Assembly: GCA_016188355.1 (NCBI GenBank)
Contig: JACPHY010000001.1
Span: forward strand, 38,125 to 102,124
Direction of reading: 5' to 3'
Length of the DNA stretch: 64,000 nt
Source: Candidatus Uhrbacteria bacterium
GTDB taxonomy: Bacteria > Patescibacteriota > Patescibacteriia > JACPHY01
Shown here: in pieces, positions 36,593-44,971 of the stretch
Numbering within the stretch: position 1 is the first letter of the stretch
Layout of the letters: every line of letters begins with the position of its first letter
The notes under the pieces: model-generated
The model's database searches: none
What the model was told of the DNA's origin: nothing
The model's input: only the letters and a program-made list of their open reading frames with translations
Translations under genes and position numbers: made by a program

Positions 36593-38776
36593 TGTCGCAG
36601 CGCATGGCCTGCCGCAGGTGTCCCGAGCGTGGCATTGTTGGATGCACTACCGGGAACTGCACAAACAGGACATTTTAATATCTCGGGAAGTGGTGTATTC
36701 GGCAATGCGGCGAGCGCGCGCCAGATTATCGCATCGGGAACGGCAGGATTTGGTCGCTTGACCTACAACGAAACCACTGGGAAGGTCCAGCTACAGGATT
36801 CATCGTATGCAAATGATGGCAGCGACGGGCTGACACTCGATGGGAGCAATTTGCATGTGGTGGGCGCGTTGAGTGCTACCAGTCTCGACATCGCCGGCGG
36901 CATCCAGGCAGGATCTGGGAACGTCGCGATTATTGATGGCTCCGGAAAAATTCCTGGAATCTCCTCGACGTATTTTACGAGCCTCTCTGGAGCAAACCTG
37001 ACGGAGCTGAATGCGAGCAACATCTCGACGGGCGCCATTAATATTGCACGTATTCCGAACACGGTGGCTAAGCTAGCATTTCCGGCAAAGTTCACGGGAA
37101 GCGCCAGCGCGGCGTGGGATTACGCCACGCTCGTGGCAAACCCAGCATACGCGGACGAAGATGATGCGCTTATTGCTGCGGGAATGGGTACGAGTGCAAG
37201 CAGTAATGCGGTGTTCCGGGTCGACAAGGAGGGCGACGTGACTGCGGCGAGTAGTCTCTCTGCTCCGATGGTGCAGGGCACGAGGCTCTGTATTAGTGAC
37301 TCCTGTATAGATGGATGGAGTGAAATTCCTGGTGGAGGGGGAGGTGGCGGCGGCAGCTTTGTGCCGCTGCGCGCCAGCGCACCGTCCACCGCCGATACCG
37401 GTCATTTCTACATATCAGGATCTGGCAGAATCGGGAGCACGTTGCAGGTGAACAGCACCGCCGCATCCGCGCTTGACGTTGGTGGCGGCATCAATGCAGG
37501 GACCGGGAACGTCGGAATTATCGACGCATCGGGAAAGATACCCGCCATTTCTTCGACGTATTTCGCGAGCACTGCATTAAATGCGAGCGATCTCTCGAGT
37601 GGTACGGTTGCCGCTGCACGGTTGCCTTCCACGGTGATTCTGGAGGGTGAATCCGGATCCACGCTCACGAATTTGAACGCGAGCAATTTGGCGAGCGGAA
37701 CCGTTTCCGCGGCGCGACTACCCACCTCGATTACGCAGGCTACGACGTTCACTGCGTTGCCGGGTGGAGATACGTGGTCAGGATTTACACCCAGCGTCGC
37801 CATTAATCCAAGATCGGATATTACGAACTCAGGATGGCCGCTCCTTCGCGTGGGGATGAATGATGCGGCCATTTTCACGGTACTTGGATCAGGATCGGTA
37901 TCCGTTTCCGGAGGAATTTTTGCGGGTACGTCATCGGGAACGGGAGTGCAAATCGTCAATGGTTCGGGAAAAATACCCGAAATTTCCTCCACGTATTTCA
38001 GTAGTGTATCTGGAGCCAACCTCACCAACTTGAACGCGGCGAACCTCACCGGCACCATTGATGCGGCTCGATTGCCGACGCTCACGAACTTGAACGCGAG
38101 CAATTTGGCGAGCGGAACCGTTTCCGCGGCGCGACTACCCACCTCGATCACGCAGGCGACAACTTTTGCGGCGACACCGAGCGGTGCCGGTGTGTTGCAG
38201 GGTGCGTTAGCAGTGAATCCGGCGAGCGCAGGGTCGGATCGCATCCTGTTTGGTGTGGCGGTGAATGGTGTATCGAAGCTGAAAGTGGATGCAGAGGGCG
38301 ATGTGGAGGCCGCGAGTAGCCTGAAGGCACCGTCGCTATGTTTGGGGAGCGATTGTCGGACCTCCTGGCCGTCCGGTGGTTCGAGCAATGCGGTGAGTTT
38401 GCAGTCTGGCGGATTGACTGCGCAGACTGGTGGTTTATCGGTAACGGGAGAGGGACGGTTTGGGTCGATATCGGTGGACGATCTTGTGGTGTCAAATTCC
38501 TTCTCCGCGCCGACGATCGAGACTGATGGAGAATTTTTTTGGAAGGGCGGTCCATTGATTTCGGGGACGCGCGAGGTGGTGAATAGCGAACCTAGTACTA
38601 CGGGTTCTGCGATGGCTAGGTGTCAGTCGGGATACCTTTTGACGGGCGGTGGGTGTATGTGTAATGGCCCATTGAAGGCCACATGGCCATCGTCTGATGT
38701 TGCGGAGGCATGGCAATGCGTCGGGACGTGCTCTCGGATCACGGCGTATGCAATTTGCTTGAAGAAGACCCAATAA
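34427..38776 (+). CDS. 3' part (~1440 aa) of the giant secreted repeat protein. Many ~40-aa repeats of G(S/T)GNVxIVNAxGKIPxISSTxFANLSGSNLTxLNAxxLxxGTVNAARLP and recurring xLCIGxDCRxxWP Cys pairs. Real reading frame begins ~34452 after the frameshift.
   Basis: Open frame to 38776. Internal near-identical DNA repeats (34309-34560 = 35501-35754; 35178-35313 = 36453-36592). C-terminal Cys-rich module resembling that of 32537-33562. Confidence 0.6.
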   Translation: MQRISREIAADQALFGVLVGSAGKFLIDNEGDVVAVGSVKAPSFCIGDDCKSSWAAVATGSPVVQLQSATPGTAQDGHLNISGTIRGTQLCLGGECKTTWSEIAGTSVSLQGSYPGTADAGNFHVSGSGRVGTDLAVIGTTTLGAAGGSSTVLNAVGSNFYLNGEGNIQLRVGTAGAATTEKFSLNNGANAEIFSLDETGALDVAGGIVAGTGNVQIVNATGKINNISSTTFANLSGSNLTTLNATQLTTGTVNAARLPSTMTQATTFTGVPTGTGVLQGSLIANPASATANYALLGVAAAGDVAAAGRLCIGSDCRSAWPAGILLQDSLPGTAQTGNFHITGGAVLDGALSSATLNVAGGITAGSGSVGIIDSTGKIPELSSTYLANLSGANLTSLNAANLTGDAAADQALFGVLVGSAGKFLIDNEGDVVAVGSVKAPSLCMGDDCKSRWSDVTAGTVLLSSTRPGSQQDGHINITGDVRSGALITTEYIASLGPIGWGPIGGPAGSLQWNESTVQMGAYSNNDVHIITGGDQPRVQIQHATGNVGIGSAPSPDYRLNVGGTLNATRICINGDCQTAWPAGGAVGNFVPLRASAPTTADAGHFYISGSGRIGDALQVDSTGATALDVAGGIVAGTGNIQIVNAAGKIPVLSATTLANLTGSNLTNLNASQLAAGTVNAARLPSTMTQATTFTGVPTGTGVLQGSLIANPASATANYALLGCRSAWPAAGVPSVALLDALPGTAQTGHFNISGSGVFGNAASARQIIASGTAGFGRLTYNETTGKVQLQDSSYANDGSDGLTLDGSNLHVVGALSATSLDIAGGIQAGSGNVAIIDGSGKIPGISSTYFTSLSGANLTELNASNISTGAINIARIPNTVAKLAFPAKFTGSASAAWDYATLVANPAYADEDDALIAAGMGTSASSNAVFRVDKEGDVTAASSLSAPMVQGTRLCISDSCIDGWSEIPGGGGGGGGSFVPLRASAPSTADTGHFYISGSGRIGSTLQVNSTAASALDVGGGINAGTGNVGIIDASGKIPAISSTYFASTALNASDLSSGTVAAARLPSTVILEGESGSTLTNLNASNLASGTVSAARLPTSITQATTFTALPGGDTWSGFTPSVAINPRSDITNSGWPLLRVGMNDAAIFTVLGSGSVSVSGGIFAGTSSGTGVQIVNGSGKIPEISSTYFSSVSGANLTNLNAANLTGTIDAARLPTLTNLNASNLASGTVSAARLPTSITQATTFAATPSGAGVLQGALAVNPASAGSDRILFGVAVNGVSKLKVDAEGDVEAASSLKAPSLCLGSDCRTSWPSGGSSNAVSLQSGGLTAQTGGLSVTGEGRFGSISVDDLVVSNSFSAPTIETDGEFFWKGGPLISGTREVVNSEPSTTGSAMARCQSGYLLTGGGCMCNGPLKATWPSSDVAEAWQCVGTCSRITAYAICLKKTQ

Positions 38777-38815
38777 GGTGCTCCAATGAGCATTGCCCTC
38801 CATACAGCAGCACGC

Positions 38816-40261
38816 ATGCAGTTGCGCTTCCATAACAGTCTTCATCGCCGCACCGAATCATTCCGGCCCCACAAGGGCCGGACGGTGCGCATGTATACGT
38901 GTGGGCCCACGGTGTATGACTTTGCGCATGTGGGCAATCTTCGGACGTACCTGTTCGAGGATGTGTTGAAACGCGTACTCCTGCGGCAGGGATACCGCGT
39001 TCGGCACGTCATGAATATTACGGACGTTGGTCACCTGACCGACGATGCGGATCAGGGCGAGGATAAGCTCGAGCGTGCTGCGGCGCGGCAGCAAAAATCC
39101 GCAGCGCAGCTGGCGGCATTCTATACGCGAGCATTTCTCAAGGACCTGCATCGCCTCCACGTGTTGCCTGCGGACGATCTCCCGCGTGCGACTGCGTACA
39201 TTCCGCAGCAGATCGCGTTGGTGCGGCGTCTCGAGCGCCTCGGTTACACGTACGTGACGAGCGATGGGGTGTACTTCGATACCACGAAGTTTGCTCCATA
39301 CGGGACCGCGTTCGGCGGGCAGGCGCTCACGGAAAAGGAGGCGGGGGCGCGTGTGGAGGTGCGGGGCGAGAAGCGCTCTCCCCATGACTTCGCGCTCTGG
39401 AAATTGACGCCGCCGGGTGTTCGTCGGCAACAGGAGTGGGATTCCCCGTGGGGACGCGGATTCCCGGGCTGGCATCTCGAGTGTTCTGCGATGGGCCGCG
39501 CGCTCCTCGGGCAGCCGTTCGATATCCACTGCGGCGGCATTGATCATATTCCCGTCCATCACACGAATGAAATTGCCCAATCGGAGGCGGCGTATGGAAA
39601 GCCGCTCGCTCTGTGGTGGTTACATGGCGCATTCCTGACCGTGGAGGGGAAGCGCATGGGAAAATCCGAAGGCAATCTCATCACGATTGATCAGTTGGAG
39701 TCGCGTGGAGTGGATCCACTTGCGTATCGCTATTTGGTTCTGGGTGCGCATTATCGCTCCGCGCTCAACTTCACGCAGGAGGCGGTGACGGGTGCGCAAT
39801 CTGCATTGGATCGGCTGCGGGATATCGCACGGGCACTCCCGCGTATTCCGTATGCAGGGAGCGACGCGAACGGGATTGTCCGATTGCAGCGCATGATGCA
39901 ATCGGTCGACGGCCGGAAAGCGCAAGAGCATCTGGATGCGGCATTTGCGGATGATTTGGATACGCCGCAGGCACTCGCGGTGCTGTGGGACGCGGTGCAA
40001 AATGATCAGATTGCGCCATTGGAGCGTGCGGCGTTGGTTGCATCCGCGGATCAGGTGTTTGGTCTGGGGTTGGCGGAGCTCCTCGGAAAGCCGGTGCGTA
40101 TTCCGCGCGCCGTCCGGGCGCTGGCCGATGCACGGGAGGCTGCTCGTATCGCAAAGGACTGGGCACGCGCAGACGTGCTCCGTGCGCAAATTGATGCACT
40201 CGGATTTCGGGTCGAAGATACGAAACGAGGACCAGTGATCAAGAAGCAGACGAACAGTTGA
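38816..40261 (+). CDS. cysS: Cysteine--tRNA ligase (ORF open from 38786; start MQLRFHNSL at 38816)
   Basis: MYTCGPTVYDFAHVGNLRTY (HIGH region HVGN). KMSKS (KMGKSEGN). C-terminal DALRAQ domain. Confidence 0.9.
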   Translation: MQLRFHNSLHRRTESFRPHKGRTVRMYTCGPTVYDFAHVGNLRTYLFEDVLKRVLLRQGYRVRHVMNITDVGHLTDDADQGEDKLERAAARQQKSAAQLAAFYTRAFLKDLHRLHVLPADDLPRATAYIPQQIALVRRLERLGYTYVTSDGVYFDTTKFAPYGTAFGGQALTEKEAGARVEVRGEKRSPHDFALWKLTPPGVRRQQEWDSPWGRGFPGWHLECSAMGRALLGQPFDIHCGGIDHIPVHHTNEIAQSEAAYGKPLALWWLHGAFLTVEGKRMGKSEGNLITIDQLESRGVDPLAYRYLVLGAHYRSALNFTQEAVTGAQSALDRLRDIARALPRIPYAGSDANGIVRLQRMMQSVDGRKAQEHLDAAFADDLDTPQALAVLWDAVQNDQIAPLERAALVASADQVFGLGLAELLGKPVRIPRAVRALADAREAARIAKDWARADVLRAQIDALGFRVEDTKRGPVIKKQTNS

Positions 40262-40289
40262 TTCGCGGGTGCCCGCGAACTGCATACAC

Positions 40290-40319
40290 CACACCACCGG
40301 ACGATCATCCGGTGGTGTG
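40290..40319. terminator. Hairpin cacaccaccgg/acgatcat/ccggtggtgtg between convergent cysS and the corA-like gene
   Basis: 11-bp perfect stem. Convergent gene ends. Confidence 0.5.
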
Positions 40320-40324
40320 TTCGC

Positions 40325-41248
40325 CTATAGCCACCGTTTCACCCTGAAATAGCCGAGCATGCCTACGGCGACCGCGGCCATAGCGCCGGCAATGCGCCAG
40401 AATCCATTTGGGTCATCGACGAAGGGAGTGCCATCGGCGCGGATGGCGAGAATGGCAGCAATCATGGAGATGGGGAAGGTGAGCACTCCGATGACCGCGA
40501 GTGCCGTGCTCACGCGGCTGGTGTGATAGCTGACGAGCGACTGCTGTGCCGCATGAATATCGCTGATCGCGCTCGTGTAATCATCGAGGAGTACGGTGAT
40601 CTCGCGCGCGGCGTCACGGAGTCGAGCGGCCCGGTGTTGTTGCTCCGCGTCCCGTGTATTGGTCAGCGCGGTGCAGAGCCGCTCAATAGCAACGACATTG
40701 GGGAGAAACGCTCGGCGGAACGTGACGACATTTCTCCGGAGGAGTGCAATGTGGACGAGTTGCGTCGATTGGACATGGGCACGGATTTCGCGTTCCTGTT
40801 CCTCGATATCATTTTGGAGGTGCACGAGAATGGGGGAGCAGTACAGGAGGAATCGTTCGAGGAGGAGGAGCGCAAAGGTGTGTGCATTGCGTAATGCCGC
40901 GGTGGCCTCGGGGTCCTGATCGGCGATCGCGGTTTCCAGCTCCGTGAACACCGGAATTCCATTTTCGTGCACGGTAATGATCGTGCGCGGCAGGATGAAG
41001 ATGTCCACTTCTTCGCTTCGGATAGCCCGTTCCGCGCGATCATATCGCGGAAAGAGCAGGATGGAAAAGATGGAATTCGTCCGGATTTCTGTTTTCGGGC
41101 GCTGTTGCGGGGGGAGGCAGTCGCGGATGTCTCGGGGGTCGAGATGGGGAAATTGTGCGTGGAGCGCATGCAGGCGCGATACGTCTCGATCCGTGCAATG
41201 GATCCATTCGATGGTGGTACGCGATCGGCGCGTGGGAGACATATACAA
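40325..41248 (-). CDS. CorA-family divalent cation transporter-like protein (GMN motif not conserved)
   Basis: Cytoplasmic alpha/beta plus coiled-coil domain, two C-terminal TM helices, terminal ...FRVKRWL like CorA KRKNWL. The canonical YGMNF is replaced by AILAIRAD. Confidence 0.55.
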   Translation of the reverse strand: MYMSPTRRSRTTIEWIHCTDRDVSRLHALHAQFPHLDPRDIRDCLPPQQRPKTEIRTNSIFSILLFPRYDRAERAIRSEEVDIFILPRTIITVHENGIPVFTELETAIADQDPEATAALRNAHTFALLLLERFLLYCSPILVHLQNDIEEQEREIRAHVQSTQLVHIALLRRNVVTFRRAFLPNVVAIERLCTALTNTRDAEQQHRAARLRDAAREITVLLDDYTSAISDIHAAQQSLVSYHTSRVSTALAVIGVLTFPISMIAAILAIRADGTPFVDDPNGFWRIAGAMAAVAVGMLGYFRVKRWL

Positions 41249-41325
41249 GAACAGTATACCGCATCTGCGCTGTGGAGATTCGTTCTATGCTACACTGTGC
41301 ATAGGTTGTCCCGCCTTATCGCGAT

Positions 41326-41805
41326 GTGCGTATGGAAGGCCCTCTGCCGGAGCATGCCCGTGGACTCGAACGAGTGGATCATGCGCTCGATCGGCGTGAA
41401 AATCAGGCGGGACCGGTAGCGGTGGAGCGCATGGCGGACCGCGCAGCAAGTGCTGCCCCGGTTGCGCCGCCGGCCGCCCCGGTTGCGCAGGCGGCTGCTC
41501 CGCAAAAATCGCCGCTGCGTGAGGAGATTGAGCAGGCGCTCGCAGATGATCGACTCCGAAAATTGTATCTCCACCTCGCACCGGCGGTGCAGGCGAGTTT
41601 TCGTGAAGCGGCGCTGCGGCTTGCGGAGCGCATCGAGCGTATGCTCGCGAGCGGAAAACTGGATATTCATGATCTCCATGAGGGGATTACGAATTGGCTT
41701 CGCGTCATTCCGAATGTAAATCGGTGGTTTCTGCTGCAGGAAGCCAAAGTGAAGACCGACGCTATCCTCGTACTTCAAGCGAAACGCACCGCTGCTCGTG
41801 GGTGA
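41326..41805 (+). CDS. Hypothetical protein (Ala/Pro-rich N-terminus, helical C-terminus). Alternative start ATG 41431 with SD ggtggag.
   Basis: ORF immediately upstream of and co-oriented with the VirD4-like ATPase (stop 41805, next start 41814). Confidence 0.35.
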   Translation: MRMEGPLPEHARGLERVDHALDRRENQAGPVAVERMADRAASAAPVAPPAAPVAQAAAPQKSPLREEIEQALADDRLRKLYLHLAPAVQASFREAALRLAERIERMLASGKLDIHDLHEGITNWLRVIPNVNRWFLLQEAKVKTDAILVLQAKRTAARG

Positions 41806-41813
41806 GCTGTCCT

Positions 41814-44249
41814 GTGCCCATTGATTTCCTCATCGCCGCCATCGTGCTCCTCCTCGCGATCGTGTGTATCGTTGTGGTGCTGTTTATTGTTCGTGCGATT
41901 GCGCGTCGCTCCGCCATGCTGCGCGCCGCCTTCGATCTCGTGGTGCTCCAGGTGTTGGTGCCAAAGGATGCGCAGGGTGGCGACAAAGGAGATCAAAGCA
42001 TTCAAAAAATTCAAGAGGCGATCGCGAAAACGGAAGTATTTTTTACGTCGATCGGCGGGCTTCGTGCGCAGCGGGGCATGGGTTCTTGGTTTCGCGGTCG
42101 TACGGATCACATCGCATTTGAAATCGTGGCCCATGACGGCCAGGTGAAGTTTTTTGTTGCCGTCCCGAACGCCTTGCGCTCCTTTTTGGAGGAGCAATTG
42201 CATGCGCAACGATCAGACGCGTACATTGATGTCGCCAGGGATTACAACATCTTTCAACCGACCGGCGTGGTGCTGGGTACGACGCTCACCCTGAAACGGT
42301 CGGGGTATTTTCCAGTGAAATCATATAAGAAGTTGGACGCGGATCCGCTGGATGGACTCACGAATGCAATGAGCAAGGTCACGGAACTCGAGGGAGCAGC
42401 GATCCAGCTGGTGGTGCGCTCTGCGCGGAAGGAGTGGCGATCGGGAGGGGTGAGCATTGCGTCGAAGATGCAGCAGGGAAAGACGCTCGACGAGGCGATG
42501 GGCGGTGGATGGATGTCCGGACTCTGGAAGAGTGTGGGGGCGGCATCGGGAACGGCATCCAAACAACCGGAAAAAATACACCAGCTGTCGCCGATGGAGC
42601 AGGAGATCGTGAAAGGGCTCGAAGAGAAGGCGGCGAAGTTTGGGGTGGACGTGAATGTACGGGTGCTCGTGTCCGCAGAAACGAACGACCGAGCCAAAAC
42701 GCTGCTGGCCTCCATCACGCAGGCATTCGCGCAGTACAACATTCCGCAGTACGGCAACATGTTTGTGACCGGCGGCACATCCTCTGCGCCGAAACTCATC
42801 GAGCAGTTCATCTACCGGAAATTTGATGAGAAGAAGCGGTTGGTGCTCAACGTGGAGGAGATGGCGAGTGTGTGGCACTTGCCGCTGCCGACAACGGAAA
42901 CTCCGACGGTGCAATGGCTGTCCTCCCGTCGGTTGCCGCCGCCCGTGAACATGCCGCAGGAGGGTGTGATCCTTGGAGAGTCCAACTACCGAGGGAAACG
43001 GGTGCTCGTGCGTTTGAAGCGCGCGGATCGGCGTCGGCACGTGTACGCCATTGGAGGTACGGGGACAGGAAAAACGACGGTCATGGAGAACATGTGTGTG
43101 CAAGATATCCGGGCGGGGGAGGGGGTGTGCGTCATTGACCCGCACGGCGAATTTGCGGAGCACATGCTGGCGAACGTCCCGAAAGAGCGCGCGGATGACG
43201 TGATCTATTTCGATCCGTCGGATGTGGAGCGCCCTCTGGGACTCAACATGCTTGAGGCGGATACGCCAGAGGCGCAGGATTTTGCCACGCAGGAAATGGT
43301 GGCCATTTTCTATAAGCTCGTCACGGATCCCTCCATGATTGGTCCGATGTTTGAGCATTACATGCGGAATGCGATGCTCACGCTCATGTCCGATCCGAAA
43401 AATCCGAGCACCATCGTGGAGATCCCGCGCATTCTCACCGATCCAGAGTTCCAGAAGCTCAAATTAAAGAACGTTACCGACCCGATTATTCGGGCGTTCT
43501 GGGAAAAGGAATTGCCGCAGACTTCCGGTCAGACCAAGGGAGAGATGCTGCCATATTTGGTTTCGAAGATTGGGCGATTCCTCGAAAATACGATGATGCG
43601 GAATATTATCGGGCAGCAGCGCTCCGCGTTCGATTTTCGGCAGATCATGGATCAAAAGAAAATCCTGCTCTGCAACTTGAGTAAGGGAAAGATCGGTGCC
43701 ATGAACTCAGATCTCCTAGGACTCATCATCATCACGAAGCTCCAAATGGCTGCATTGGCGCGTGCGAATGTGCCGGAGGATCAGCGACCGGATTTTTTCT
43801 GCTACATGGATGAGTTCCAGAATTTTATTACGGATTCCATCGCGATCATTCTTTCCGAGGCACGGAAATACCGTCTGGACCTCATCATGGCACACCAGTA
43901 CATCGCACAGCTGGTCAAAAGCAATGATACGCGCGTGCGTGATGCGGTGTTTGGCAACGTCGGGACCATTATCTCCTATCGTATCGGTGTAGATGATTCT
44001 GAATTGATCGCGAAGCAACTGGCGCCAGTAGTGTCGGAATTCGATGTACTGAATATCGAGAAGTTCAATGCGTATGCACGCATCATGATCGACAACACTG
44101 CACAGAAAGCATTCAACATGCGGGTGTTCGCCCCTTCATTTGGCGATCAGCGGATGTTCGATGCGCTACGTCAGCTGTCTCGACTGAAGTACGGTCGCGA
44201 TCGCGCTATTGTCGAGACGGAAATTTTGGAACGATCGCAGCTCGGGTGA
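41814..44249 (+). CDS. Membrane-anchored VirD4/TraG/TraD-like (type IV coupling protein / FtsK-HerA superfamily) ATPase with a ~350-aa N-terminal extracytoplasmic/unknown domain. GTG start; ORF open from 41694.
   Basis: N-terminal TM IDFLIAAIVLLLAIVCIVVVLFIV. Walker A HVYAIGGTGTGKTT. DPHGEF (T4CP DPxGE). Walker B FFCYMDEFQNF. C-terminal helical lid. Confidence 0.6.
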   Translation: MPIDFLIAAIVLLLAIVCIVVVLFIVRAIARRSAMLRAAFDLVVLQVLVPKDAQGGDKGDQSIQKIQEAIAKTEVFFTSIGGLRAQRGMGSWFRGRTDHIAFEIVAHDGQVKFFVAVPNALRSFLEEQLHAQRSDAYIDVARDYNIFQPTGVVLGTTLTLKRSGYFPVKSYKKLDADPLDGLTNAMSKVTELEGAAIQLVVRSARKEWRSGGVSIASKMQQGKTLDEAMGGGWMSGLWKSVGAASGTASKQPEKIHQLSPMEQEIVKGLEEKAAKFGVDVNVRVLVSAETNDRAKTLLASITQAFAQYNIPQYGNMFVTGGTSSAPKLIEQFIYRKFDEKKRLVLNVEEMASVWHLPLPTTETPTVQWLSSRRLPPPVNMPQEGVILGESNYRGKRVLVRLKRADRRRHVYAIGGTGTGKTTVMENMCVQDIRAGEGVCVIDPHGEFAEHMLANVPKERADDVIYFDPSDVERPLGLNMLEADTPEAQDFATQEMVAIFYKLVTDPSMIGPMFEHYMRNAMLTLMSDPKNPSTIVEIPRILTDPEFQKLKLKNVTDPIIRAFWEKELPQTSGQTKGEMLPYLVSKIGRFLENTMMRNIIGQQRSAFDFRQIMDQKKILLCNLSKGKIGAMNSDLLGLIIITKLQMAALARANVPEDQRPDFFCYMDEFQNFITDSIAIILSEARKYRLDLIMAHQYIAQLVKSNDTRVRDAVFGNVGTIISYRIGVDDSELIAKQLAPVVSEFDVLNIEKFNAYARIMIDNTAQKAFNMRVFAPSFGDQRMFDALRQLSRLKYGRDRAIVETEILERSQLG

Positions 44250-44261
44250 GTTGCATTCAAG

Positions 44262-44840
44262 TTGATTGGTTGTATGTCGATGGCGGTCGCGATCGTGATG
44301 CTCGTTATTCTCGTCATTGTATTGGTCGCGGTGGCGGCATTTGAGGGCGTGCTCGCATGGAGCTTATTTGTGACTGAGGCTCCTTGGGTGCCACTGTCGA
44401 CGCATGGGATTGCGGCGCTCCTCGAGGGTTTGGAGCCCCTCACCTCCGGCGCGGTGGTGGTGGAGCTCGGTTCTGGAGATGGGCGCGTGTTGCGGGCGGT
44501 AGTGGATCGGTATCCGCAGGCGCGGGGCATTGGCTTGGAGCAGTCTCGGCTGCTCACCTGGTTTGCGCGGATACGAAACCGTGGGCGTGCGCTCGAATTT
44601 CGACACGTCGATTGTTTTCGGGAGTCATGGGTGGGGGCGTCGTGCGTGTTTTGTTATCTCCTTCCGCCCTCCATGTCGCTCGTGGCGAATAAAGCGTTGC
44701 GAGAACTCGCCGCCGATGCGCGTGTATTCACGCTGGGATTCCCCATTCCGGGATTGCATCCATTGCGGGTGATCGCGCATGAAAACCGAGAACCGTGTTA
44801 CGAGTACCGGGTTGGGGATATGCGAGATTCTGCGGAGTAA
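44262..44840 (+). CDS. Small class I SAM-dependent methyltransferase with N-terminal TM helix
   Basis: TM VAIVMLVILVIVLVAVAAF. Motif I VVELGSGDGRVL. Post-I acidic GLEQS. Confidence 0.55.
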   Translation: MIGCMSMAVAIVMLVILVIVLVAVAAFEGVLAWSLFVTEAPWVPLSTHGIAALLEGLEPLTSGAVVVELGSGDGRVLRAVVDRYPQARGIGLEQSRLLTWFARIRNRGRALEFRHVDCFRESWVGASCVFCYLLPPSMSLVANKALRELAADARVFTLGFPIPGLHPLRVIAHENREPCYEYRVGDMRDSAE

Positions 44841-44883
44841 GTCCGTTGCGGTATACTAGAAATAGCTTTGCGCGTCAGAGAAG

Positions 44884-44945
44884 GAGACCTCTGCGAACAT
44901 TCAGATTCGCGCCAGGAACGCGAAAGCAATTTTTGTAGAGGTCTC
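44884..44945 (+). repeat. Internally deleted 62-bp copy of the MITE-like element (both terminal inverted repeats retained, central ~100 bp missing)
   Basis: gagacctctgcgaacattcagattcgcgccaggaacgcgaaagcaatttttgtagaggtctc matches the two ends of the 162-bp copies. Confidence 0.7.
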
Positions 44946-44971
44946 TAAGGAATTTTGCGGCATCGCATTTT

